A stretch of DNA of 64,000 nucleotides from Candidatus Heimdallarchaeota archaeon (GTDB lineage: Archaea > Asgardarchaeota > Heimdallarchaeia > Heimdallarchaeales > Heimdallarchaeaceae). The position numbers were made by a program, and so were the translations under genes. Shown here piece after piece: positions 57,101 through 64,000 of the stretch. The stretch lies in assembly GCA_019057815.1 (NCBI GenBank), contig JAHLWR010000017.1, forward strand, positions 12,019 to 76,018, read 5' to 3'. Under the pieces are notes generated by a model that ran no database searches, was not told the origin of the DNA, and saw only the letters and a program-made list of their open reading frames with translations. How positions within the stretch are numbered: position 1 is the stretch's first letter; the number at the start of each line of letters is the position of its first letter.

Positions 57101-57209
57101 CGGAAGTAAAGGGTCTAGCAATATATGACCATGTTGTTTTAGTTAATAGAAAGAGATTCTTAAGAATTAATTGCTTCATTCCAATGGGATCATTCTGCTT
57201 AATACTCAT
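54171..57209 (-). CDS. FtsX/MacB-like ABC permease
   Basis: Two permease repeats (L.SRGA; ER..EIA.MKAIG) with large extracellular loops; adjacent to the ATPase. Confidence 0.9.
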   Translation of the reverse strand: MSIKQNDPIGMKQLILKNLFLLTKTTWSYIARPFTSEKTLEVLVVSFVLLLISPILLVISIIADIALLPFLPGLHLFRPLFKAGWKYGLISAIGVTLAVIVLTQYTFFMYSYQYRAFELFLEGESRQYLQVEVEYELIETIAGQYDQILDTATNAIEYINVTEYILQKDLYFKRGTFTKDIDSITNITTYPNMNLFGTDGKLRSHFWNHISIGRAPRNNGEVLLLTTQNYYNHSSIKVNTTAHLLVPVSFYKEQSLLYPEAYTEVNISGVVFLDDIPRYDIINTKVSMTTESMLELEDQLAVLSAWEISANILHSIGLTEGKANIYENLFFNVNLIDAFDLQDDIDLIKQIILSLKTWYFSDLGYKEVEINSYLIDLLEDFKDEYNLYQIFMYSFLAPIIALTIIVTIYAANLVRKKRERQLTILSSRGANRVEIASYLILESVVIGGFALIIGVAVGSPLAKLLTKSAGFLNFTNPSLPLVVEVGSISRALIASIIAILVIQLINVATLLKKRSSLDYGKVERHLPSLYRYYLDVGFLLLGISLWIVYKIPDLSDEKLKTAKGIGIPAVIITLFGLILVFQRFLPLFARSINFIAKKLKKDIISLSLKDLFRYKSSFIRSSMILSLSFSIVINSIVVPATFQVFNEQGAYYDIGCDIVIKGFPVESQYLINYITDLEEVKSTSIVRFVNLRDVSGAFGIIYSILFIDTSTYAETGFFSEDFADDSLNTLLSQLEDTGFSVLGQQDELLALDHKIGQPFNFTYKSYGEENMEETGSYVGQSNLTVSLVNDFKFWPAFIRYEAEEDASAIYYHFVTSINNLNSIKVTPYSIQNFLFIKVEEGVDIGKTASILRGIGGTNVYDVKNQLFVKPDTPRHSILFSAINSTMLMSFAINAIILTLFAAIQLIERSKEIATMKAIGISTSQLLRLYITMYLALLFFSMIIGVITGFISSSMLMGVLSVNRTIPPFTMIYPVSWIIVSVSILVLAAAIGAIIPVFTTVKKEIGNELRQSA

Positions 57210-57478
57210 TAATCGACCAATAACTGAGACATCTATAAGGATTATGGAATTACAGCAAAATGCAGTGATAGAGTATTGTGAAGCGAATTAAACTTAGAAA
57301 GGTAGCACAAGTTTTTTCTATTCTTTACTAAGAATAGGAAAAATCCCCTAAATTTTTTTTGTTTAAGTGCTTTTAAAACCAATACTTTTTTTGTCGGGAA
57401 TCCTATCGGATTTTAACCAATATTCGAAAGATTTGAAGGATTTGACAAACTTTAAAGGTTAGATATTATCTAGACAAT

Positions 57479-58681
57479 ATGCCGATACCTATGAATGAGT
57501 TCACTAAGAATATACTTGACGCGTACGAAAAGGGTAAAAAAGATACTTTCATCCCTCAGGATCCTTTCATTTCCTTTGGATTTGAGAAAAATCCATTTAG
57601 TGAAACATCTATTGATGATCTGAAACAAGAAACTTTCATTCAATCAAGAATAAGAAAAGTAGCTTCTTCTGTTGGTAAGGTAATCTCTAGCCAGTCTGAG
57701 GACAAAGTATTAGATGGCATAATCATTGGTATAAGTCAAAATGGTATATCTACTTTAGTTGACTTAACACTTCAACTGTTAAAAGAGAATACAAAAGAAC
57801 TTAAAAACGCAATTTATTTGGATGCTAAAAATATAGTCGAATCAGAGAATAGTCGAAATTTGATTGCTAAATCCATTCAGAATTTTAGAAATCATCTTGC
57901 TGCTACAGACACAGGCGAACCTATATCGTTAGTAATTATTGACCATGCTGATTTCTTAGTTGATTTTTACATTGATTTCAGAGAAAATATGGAATTTAAC
58001 TTCCCTGAAACACCTTTTATTCTTATCTTGACTTCAGCAGCGTGGGCAAGATTGAAAAGTTGTTGTATAACCAAGCAGTACGACATTTACAATCATACAC
58101 TTCCAAGTCTACACATAGATCCATTAACAAAAAATGAAATTGAACAGATGCTAAAGATAAAACTTGGAGTAAATGGGCAAATACAACAACCATTTACAGA
58201 AGAAATTATTACCCTAATAGCTACAGAATCTAGAGGAAGTATAATAAATGCGATAAAAATCTGTGTTCGTGTCTGTGAGGATTGCTTCTACAATGGGCTA
58301 GATTTTGCTAATCAAGAAATAGTAATTGATATCTCTTCGTTTCTGGGCATTAATTTATACAAAGAATTTAGAGAAAAGGTTACGTTAGATGACAATAGTC
58401 GTATTTTTATCATGTCTTTAATAGCCATGAAATCAATTGCAAATGATTTGGGAATAACTTACGATGAGATTGCAAATAATGTGGGTTTAAAGAAAACTAC
58501 TATTTCGTACCATCTATCCTATCTATTAAAAATTGGTATGATAAATAAAAAAACAATAAATCGAAAAGCATACTATAGAATTATTGATGTTTTAAAAACA
58601 GCAGCTGATACTTTACTTCTACCTAAATTTGAAGCAAAAGAACAGTATGTAAAATTTGAAACTATGTCTGATTCAAAATGA
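57479..58681 (+). CDS. Degenerate AAA+ ATPase with C-terminal ArsR-like wHTH
   Basis: FGFEKNPF; Walker A-like GISQNGIST; Walker B-like LVIIDHAD; S.GS...AI lid; ITYDEIA..VGLKKTTISYHL. Confidence 0.75.
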   Translation: MPIPMNEFTKNILDAYEKGKKDTFIPQDPFISFGFEKNPFSETSIDDLKQETFIQSRIRKVASSVGKVISSQSEDKVLDGIIIGISQNGISTLVDLTLQLLKENTKELKNAIYLDAKNIVESENSRNLIAKSIQNFRNHLAATDTGEPISLVIIDHADFLVDFYIDFRENMEFNFPETPFILILTSAAWARLKSCCITKQYDIYNHTLPSLHIDPLTKNEIEQMLKIKLGVNGQIQQPFTEEIITLIATESRGSIINAIKICVRVCEDCFYNGLDFANQEIVIDISSFLGINLYKEFREKVTLDDNSRIFIMSLIAMKSIANDLGITYDEIANNVGLKKTTISYHLSYLLKIGMINKKTINRKAYYRIIDVLKTAADTLLLPKFEAKEQYVKFETMSDSK

Positions 58682-58695
58682 TGAACCTTTTCTCA

Positions 58696-59229
58696 TTATT
58701 CTATATCTAGAAAGCAGATTTTTTCTGTTATTTTCTTTACAGCAATACTCATCCCTGTTTCAAAACCGACAACCACTGTTTCAATTCCTTTCTCTTTTAT
58801 TTTCAATAATATCGGAGCTATTCTTGCATGTCTTGAGCCCAGTACAAAAAGTCCAATTTTCTTGTTTTTGTTAAGGGTTTCCATAACTTCTATTGCCATT
58901 GTTATGTAGATATCATAAGGAGTCACTATTGGTTCATAACCACTATTGATTATTGCTTGAATCAAGCTTTTGCTTGCGAATTCATTTAATATAACTTTTT
59001 TTATCGATGGTTTTCCAAATTCTTTTACAATCTCATCTATATCATCAAGCTTTATCTGTCTAGTTTTTTGTTTTCTAAGAAGGTTTGGTCCATCAACAAT
59101 TATTGCTATCTTCTTTTCTCCCTGTAAAGCATTCTTTAGAGCTTGAATATAAAAACTGCTAATTATTCTTTCTGATATTCTTTCTAAGACTCCGCTATCA
59201 GCTATTTTTTCATTTTCTTCTGTTATCAT
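58696..59229 (-). CDS. NYN-domain protein (TIGR00288-like), degenerate
   Basis: IAIIVDGPNLLRK, LNEFAS..LIQAI.N.GYEP, KEKGIETVVVG.E.G.S. Confidence 0.82.
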   Translation of the reverse strand: MITEENEKIADSGVLERISERIISSFYIQALKNALQGEKKIAIIVDGPNLLRKQKTRQIKLDDIDEIVKEFGKPSIKKVILNEFASKSLIQAIINSGYEPIVTPYDIYITMAIEVMETLNKNKKIGLFVLGSRHARIAPILLKIKEKGIETVVVGFETGMSIAVKKITEKICFLDIE

Positions 59230-59273
59230 TTCGTATCACTAATTGTAAAGAGTGATAAAGGGTAATTTGAGTA

Positions 59274-61070
59274 TTATTCTTTGTTTTCAGTTTCTTCTTC
59301 ATATAGTAAAGGAGGTTTCAGCAAAGCAGTCGATTCAATACTTGTTTCGCCAGAAATAACATTTTGTTTTATATAACCAAAATAATCAAGTTCAAAAATG
59401 TATTTAGATGCAACTTCTTCTGGAATTTTGAGCATTTTAGCCAACTCTTTCTTGGCTAAAGGTCGTTGGAAGTCATTTAACAGGTAGAGAATTCTATATT
59501 TTGGATCAGTATTTAGGAAAGATTCTAGTGATTTGAGAGTTGATTTTAGCAGATCAATTCTCTTACTGTGTTTCTGAACAGATAATTCATATTGGTATTT
59601 CTCATCAGAAGACATTGTACCCTCCTTTTCCATAACGACCATCGTTTTCTTTGTATCAGTCAGTTCCTTAACTGTCTCTTCTAATCTTGCTTTGAAATCC
59701 TCAACTTTGTCCTGTTGTTCAAGTAGTTTTTCCTCTAACTCTTCTTTCTCTTCTTTTTCTTTCTTTCTCAAATCTTCAACTTCTTTAATTTCAGCTTCTT
59801 TTTCAGCAATCTGGAGTATCATTTCATCGGTTTGAGTTCTGAGTTGATGAGTTTCTGTTTCTTTACTACTTAATTCTTGTTGAAATTCAATCATGTTTTC
59901 AGCTAATCTCTCAGCATCAGAATCTTTCTGATGAACTTGTTGTTTTAACTCATCAAGTTGCTGATTTGATGTTTCAAGAAGTGCGCTCATATCAACTATA
60001 AGTCGTTCTTTATCAGATAATTGCTCTCTTAACTTAGCATCAACCTCTGACAATTCAGAAACTTTTGATGTTGCTGTTTCTTGTTCTTCAATTTTAGCTT
60101 CTAGTAGTTTAATTTCACTCTTAAGTTTGTTATCCCCTTCTCTTAATTCGCTCATTTCCTCTTGGTGAGTTTCAATTTGACTTTTGTATGAATCAATCTG
60201 AGATACTCTTTGTTGAATGTCTATTTTCTGATTTCTAATGGTGTCTTCTTTTTCAGCAATTTGACTTCTGAGATTAAAAATAGTCTCTCTTGATTTGTCT
60301 ATTTGTTTTTGCAAACTATCATACAACTCTCCTTCTTGTGAAACTGCTTGTGATTGAGATAATTTCAATCTTGATTCCATATCATCAAACCTTTTAGATA
60401 AAGAATCTTTTTCAATCTTAATTCGATCGTATTCTGCTTGAATATTTGTTTTTTCGAGAGTGATCTGATGAATAATTTTATCTCTGTCAACTATTACTTG
60501 ATCTCGTTCATGGATTAACGTATCATCAAGCCCTACACCACCAGGTAATCTAGCTAGTTCTTCAATTGCATCTTCTCTTGCATTTATTGTGTTTTGAAGA
60601 TTTGTAACTTCGTTTTGCAGTACTATCGTTTCTGCTTTAAAATTACCAGCTTGATCTTGCAGTTCATCAATCTTGAGGTCAGATTCTTTGAGTTTATCTG
60701 TGAGAACTGGAACTTTTTCAGCTTCTTGTTTATGTTTATTTAGGTTATCCACCATTTCTTGAGTAATTAGCTTACCTTGAATGAAACCTTGCTCAATTCC
60801 TAGACGGATTTTAGTCGTACTTTCAGTGACTACAACTAAGTGGATATCACGAATAAGATCTACGTAGCTTCCTTTGAAATTTCGGATTATTCCATCAACT
60901 TCAGAAACAGAATATTGGGATTTACCTGGAGATAAAGAGTTACTCCTTATCTCTTCAGCACGAGCTTTTGCCTGTTCTTCTGAAGTACCACGTATAACTC
61001 TCATTTCACCTAGAAACTTTTTGATGAGTGTTCTAATTATTTTAAAAGGACTATCAACTTCAACGGTCAT
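59274..61070 (-). CDS. Long coiled-coil protein with C-terminal winged helix
   Basis: About 400 aa of E/K/Q/L heptads followed by DPKYRIL...ELAKML.....YIFEL...GYI. Confidence 0.8.
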   Translation of the reverse strand: MTVEVDSPFKIIRTLIKKFLGEMRVIRGTSEEQAKARAEEIRSNSLSPGKSQYSVSEVDGIIRNFKGSYVDLIRDIHLVVVTESTTKIRLGIEQGFIQGKLITQEMVDNLNKHKQEAEKVPVLTDKLKESDLKIDELQDQAGNFKAETIVLQNEVTNLQNTINAREDAIEELARLPGGVGLDDTLIHERDQVIVDRDKIIHQITLEKTNIQAEYDRIKIEKDSLSKRFDDMESRLKLSQSQAVSQEGELYDSLQKQIDKSRETIFNLRSQIAEKEDTIRNQKIDIQQRVSQIDSYKSQIETHQEEMSELREGDNKLKSEIKLLEAKIEEQETATSKVSELSEVDAKLREQLSDKERLIVDMSALLETSNQQLDELKQQVHQKDSDAERLAENMIEFQQELSSKETETHQLRTQTDEMILQIAEKEAEIKEVEDLRKKEKEEKEELEEKLLEQQDKVEDFKARLEETVKELTDTKKTMVVMEKEGTMSSDEKYQYELSVQKHSKRIDLLKSTLKSLESFLNTDPKYRILYLLNDFQRPLAKKELAKMLKIPEEVASKYIFELDYFGYIKQNVISGETSIESTALLKPPLLYEEETENKE

Positions 61071-61164
61071 ATAATTCAGCCCAAACTTTTTCTTAATTAT
61101 TATATATGATATTAGATAATAAAGTTATAAATTGATTTCGGTAAATCATTTTAATTAGTAAATA

Positions 61165-61848
61165 TTAGCTTAGAGAGAGTTTAAAACTAAAAATATCTTC
61201 TCTAAACTCGTCTATATCTTGAAGGAAACCAGAAAGTCGATTAAAAGAAACAATAGGGATTCTTTCTACAATTTGAATATTATGATTTCCCCAAGAAATA
61301 ATTAATGGGACAACAAAAATGAGCCTTTTAATAGGAAGATGAAGTTGTTTAATCAAACTTTCAGATATTACCGGAAAAGATTCAATCAAAGATTCGACAC
61401 GGTTCATTTGAGCTATTGCAGCGTTTTTCATAGGCGAACTAGCTCTGTTCTTATAATATTTGCAATCAATGGCAAAAATATATGGGAATCTAAATGATAA
61501 AACATCGATTTCAAAGCGTGTATATTCATCTTTAAAACGGAAATTCTCTATTACAGTATGACCTGCTTTATCAAAAATTATTGCGATTAAGTCTTCAAAA
61601 TTTTTCCAGTTAAGATAAGCAAAAAGATGATTGATATTATTTCCAAGTTTAACTAAATGATAGATTACAAGACTAATTTCTTTTGTGTCAAAATGAGTGA
61701 GGGATTGAAATTCTTCAATAGAATAACCTAAAGGCTCAATAATATGAAAACATTTTTTTTTCTCAAACTCTGAAAAATGTGAAAAATCTATTTTTTCTTT
61801 TTTGATAAGATGATTAAGAATAGAATAGGTAATATTATCCATTCGCAA
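61165..61848 (-). CDS. PD-(D/E)xK (Mrr-like) nuclease-fold protein
   Basis: W..FEDLIA.IF...G, EIDVL and IDCK. Confidence 0.8.
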   Translation of the reverse strand: MRMDNITYSILNHLIKKEKIDFSHFSEFEKKKCFHIIEPLGYSIEEFQSLTHFDTKEISLVIYHLVKLGNNINHLFAYLNWKNFEDLIAIIFDKAGHTVIENFRFKDEYTRFEIDVLSFRFPYIFAIDCKYYKNRASSPMKNAAIAQMNRVESLIESFPVISESLIKQLHLPIKRLIFVVPLIISWGNHNIQIVERIPIVSFNRLSGFLQDIDEFREDIFSFKLSLS

Positions 61849-61870
61849 AAGTCTCCCTCAATTGAGGTTG

Positions 61871-62641
61871 TTATTCTTTTTTGGCAACTTTGATTCTATG
61901 GATAATGATTTCACGAGTAAGTTGCTCAATAGGTTGAGAAACCTTAGCAACACTATTTGGACGAGAACTTCGTTTTAACCGACCATATTCATCAAGATGA
62001 CTCTTAATGTCAGGACTGCGAAGAAGTTTCATTAATTCATTGCGCGCTTGCAGGCAAGAAGTTTCAATAACGCGCATGTAAGCATCACCTTTGTTAATTG
62101 CAAGATTTTTATCGACTAGGAGATCTAAAAACTTGTCAGTGAGAATCCTTTCCTCTTTAGGGAGATCAATTTTGTTGAGAACGATCAAAAATGGTAAAGA
62201 TTTACCTAATAAATCTCCCTTAAGAGCGATGAGCTCCTCAAGACTTTCAACATTATCGTTCCACATACTTTTATGAGGGTCAAACATGAAAATAAGTCCA
62301 TCAGCACCTTCCAAAACAACTTTGCGTTGAATATAATGGCGTTTTTGGCCTGCTACAGTCCAGACTTGATAACGAAGCTTGGGAACGCTAACACCTTGAC
62401 CCTTAGGAAGTTCAAAGGTACTTTGATCGTAAAAAATAGTTCTGCCTGAGGGGTCATCTATCTTTTTCAATGACGAATAAATTGTTTCTGGGTCCTCAAC
62501 TTTCCTTAGGACATTGTAAACGGTCAGCATACTAGTTTTGCCAGATAGCGATGGCCCATATATTACAAGTTTTAAGTAAGGTACACCGCTTCCATCGGTC
62601 TTAAAAATGTCTCTTATTTTCATTTTTGTTGCTGTTCTCAT
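61871..62641 (-). CDS. MglA-like small GTPase, paralogue 2
   Basis: KLVIYGPSLSGKT, RTIFYD, WTVAGQ, R..VLEGADG..F, NKID, ETSC. Start uncertain (62656, 62641 or 62623). Confidence 0.87.
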   Translation of the reverse strand: MRTATKMKIRDIFKTDGSGVPYLKLVIYGPSLSGKTSMLTVYNVLRKVEDPETIYSSLKKIDDPSGRTIFYDQSTFELPKGQGVSVPKLRYQVWTVAGQKRHYIQRKVVLEGADGLIFMFDPHKSMWNDNVESLEELIALKGDLLGKSLPFLIVLNKIDLPKEERILTDKFLDLLVDKNLAINKGDAYMRVIETSCLQARNELMKLLRSPDIKSHLDEYGRLKRSSRPNSVAKVSQPIEQLTREIIIHRIKVAKKE

Positions 62642-62993
62642 CTTTACCGCCAACAATTCTTGTATGTATATATGTTTTATTCATCTTTTTTAAAACATTT
62701 TCATAAGTTAAGTATAAGTCTTTTATGAAATAAAAACCTATTAAAGATATCGATGATTGTAATTGAATGGTATAGGGTTTTTTCATGTAAAAATACAGGT
62801 AGATTCAACTACTGAGTGTTTTTCATATATCCATGAGTTAAATTTTACTTGTGGTGTAGAGATTATTGAAACACCTTCAATTAACAGTACTATTACACCT
62901 TAAAATTATGATAAAATTTTTCTTTCAAATATTACAGAAAAATTGGTTGCACAAAATATATATTAGATATAGAGATTCATTAAGTGTGGTTTG

Positions 62994-64000
62994 ATGAAAA
63001 AGAAAGCAATATTATTGCTGCTAATACTGACATTGTCAATCTACGCATCGAATATCAATGTACAAATAACTGCAGAAGAGAATAATTATAGACCTACTTC
63101 ACTAGAGTTGATTCCTCATGATCCTATAACAATAGCCAGTGATAGCGATTTTGAGGTTTTTCTAGGAACAGGAACAGCTGAGGACCCTTATCTTATTGAT
63201 GGTTACAATATTACAACAACGAGTAGTAGAGGTATTTCTATCACTGATACAACGAAATATTTCATTGTTAGTAATTGCTTTATTGACGCAGAAGAGTATG
63301 GTATTTATATCGATAATGTAGCTGATGGGACAGCAACTGTCATTAACAACACTTGTAGCAATAACAGCAAAGGCATCTTTCTTTATGATTCTGATGGCTC
63401 TACTGTTACCAACAACACGTGCAGTAACAATTACAACAGTGGCATCTATCTTTGGTTTTCTGATATTTCTACTATTACCAACAACACGTGCAGTAATAAT
63501 GGGGATGGCATCTATCTTTACGATTCTGAGAGTTCAATTGTTGAAAATAACGCTTGCAGCTACAATGGGGATGGTATCAAGCTTGCGTCTTCTGATAGGT
63601 CTACGGTTGTTAACAACACTTGCTACAACAACAACAGAGGCATCAAGCTTGAGTCTTCTGATAGTTCTACTGTTGTCAACAACACGTGCAACAACAATGA
63701 CGAGGGCATCGATCTTTACAGTTCTTTTAGTTCTACTGTTGCCAACAACACTTGTAGCAATAACAACAGAGGCATCGTGCTTAGGTATTCTGATTATTCT
63801 ACGGTTACCAACAACACTTGTAGCAACAATTACGACTATGGCATCTACTTCTGGTTATCTGGGAGTTCGACGGTTGCCAACAACACTTGTAGCAACAATT
63901 ACGACTATGGCATCTACTTCTGGTTATCTGGGAGTTCGACGGTTGCCAACAACACTTGTAGCAACAATTACGACTATGGCATCTACTTCTGGTTATCTGG
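62994..64000 (+). CDS. Secreted parallel beta-helix (NosD/CASH-like) protein, 3'-truncated; absent from the ORF track
   Basis: MKKKAILLLLIL signal; HDPI.I, GTGT.EDPY.I; then repeats of GI.L..S..STV.NNTC.NN open to the window end. Confidence 0.9.
   Translation, partial: MKKKAILLLLILTLSIYASNINVQITAEENNYRPTSLELIPHDPITIASDSDFEVFLGTGTAEDPYLIDGYNITTTSSRGISITDTTKYFIVSNCFIDAEEYGIYIDNVADGTATVINNTCSNNSKGIFLYDSDGSTVTNNTCSNNYNSGIYLWFSDISTITNNTCSNNGDGIYLYDSESSIVENNACSYNGDGIKLASSDRSTVVNNTCYNNNRGIKLESSDSSTVVNNTCNNNDEGIDLYSSFSSTVANNTCSNNNRGIVLRYSDYSTVTNNTCSNNYDYGIYFWLSGSSTVANNTCSNNYDYGIYFWLSGSSTVANNTCSNNYDYGIYFWLS
63808..64000 (+). repeat. Identical 69-bp tandem repeats (NNTCSNNYDYGIYFWLSGSSTVA)
   Basis: AACAACACTTGTAGCAACAATTAC at 63810, 63879 and 63948. 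Confidence 0.95.

Noticed and set aside
44631-57397. Shared TTTTTGTCGG in the actin and AAA+ upstream regions
   Set aside because: It is short and T-rich and also occurs inside coding sequence near 48086, so it cannot be distinguished from chance.
57210-58681. Orc1/Cdc6 with an adjacent replication origin
   Set aside because: The Walker motifs are degenerate and no ORB (TTCCAGTGGAA plus G-string) repeats are visible upstream.
59274-61070. SMC/Rad50
   Set aside because: No Walker A/B, signature motif, hinge or zinc hook.
63330-64000. CRISPR array or DGR template/variable repeat
   Set aside because: The repeats are in-frame coding units without unique spacers; no reverse transcriptase or separate adenine-only-differing template is present in the window.

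Overview
AT-rich archaeal chromosomal window, most consistent with an Asgard (Heimdallarchaeia-like) genome. This assignment is inferred from gene content and was not verified by search: eS30, eS8, SRP19, Gar1, Nop5/fibrillarin, Elp3, an RPC34/TFE-beta-like protein, the archaeal HMG-CoA synthase-thiolase-DUF35 operon, archaetidylserine synthase/decarboxylase, MglA-like GTPases and several C-terminally anchored surface proteins. It is mostly housekeeping (RNA modification, translation, lipid synthesis), plus two IS200/IS605-family elements with recognisable end hairpins, a 2199-aa membrane protein with a 1122-bp internal triplication, and a partial beta-helix gene at the right edge. No tRNA, rRNA or CRISPR array was seen. 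The most notable observations are: (1) an unannotated, heavily base-paired ~300-nt intergenic RNA candidate with its own TATA box upstream of eS30, matching no family I recognise; (2) a chromosomal ParM/StbA-like actin paired head-to-head with an unknown gene through mirror-image promoter motifs, close to an MglA-like GTPase; (3) a thiolase in the mevalonate operon with all three catalytic motifs altered; (4) a Site-1-protease-like subtilase; (5) a circularly permuted family-5 solute-binding protein; (6) a cluster with a degenerate AAA+ and a degenerate NYN protein beside a coiled-coil-wHTH protein and a second MglA paralogue.
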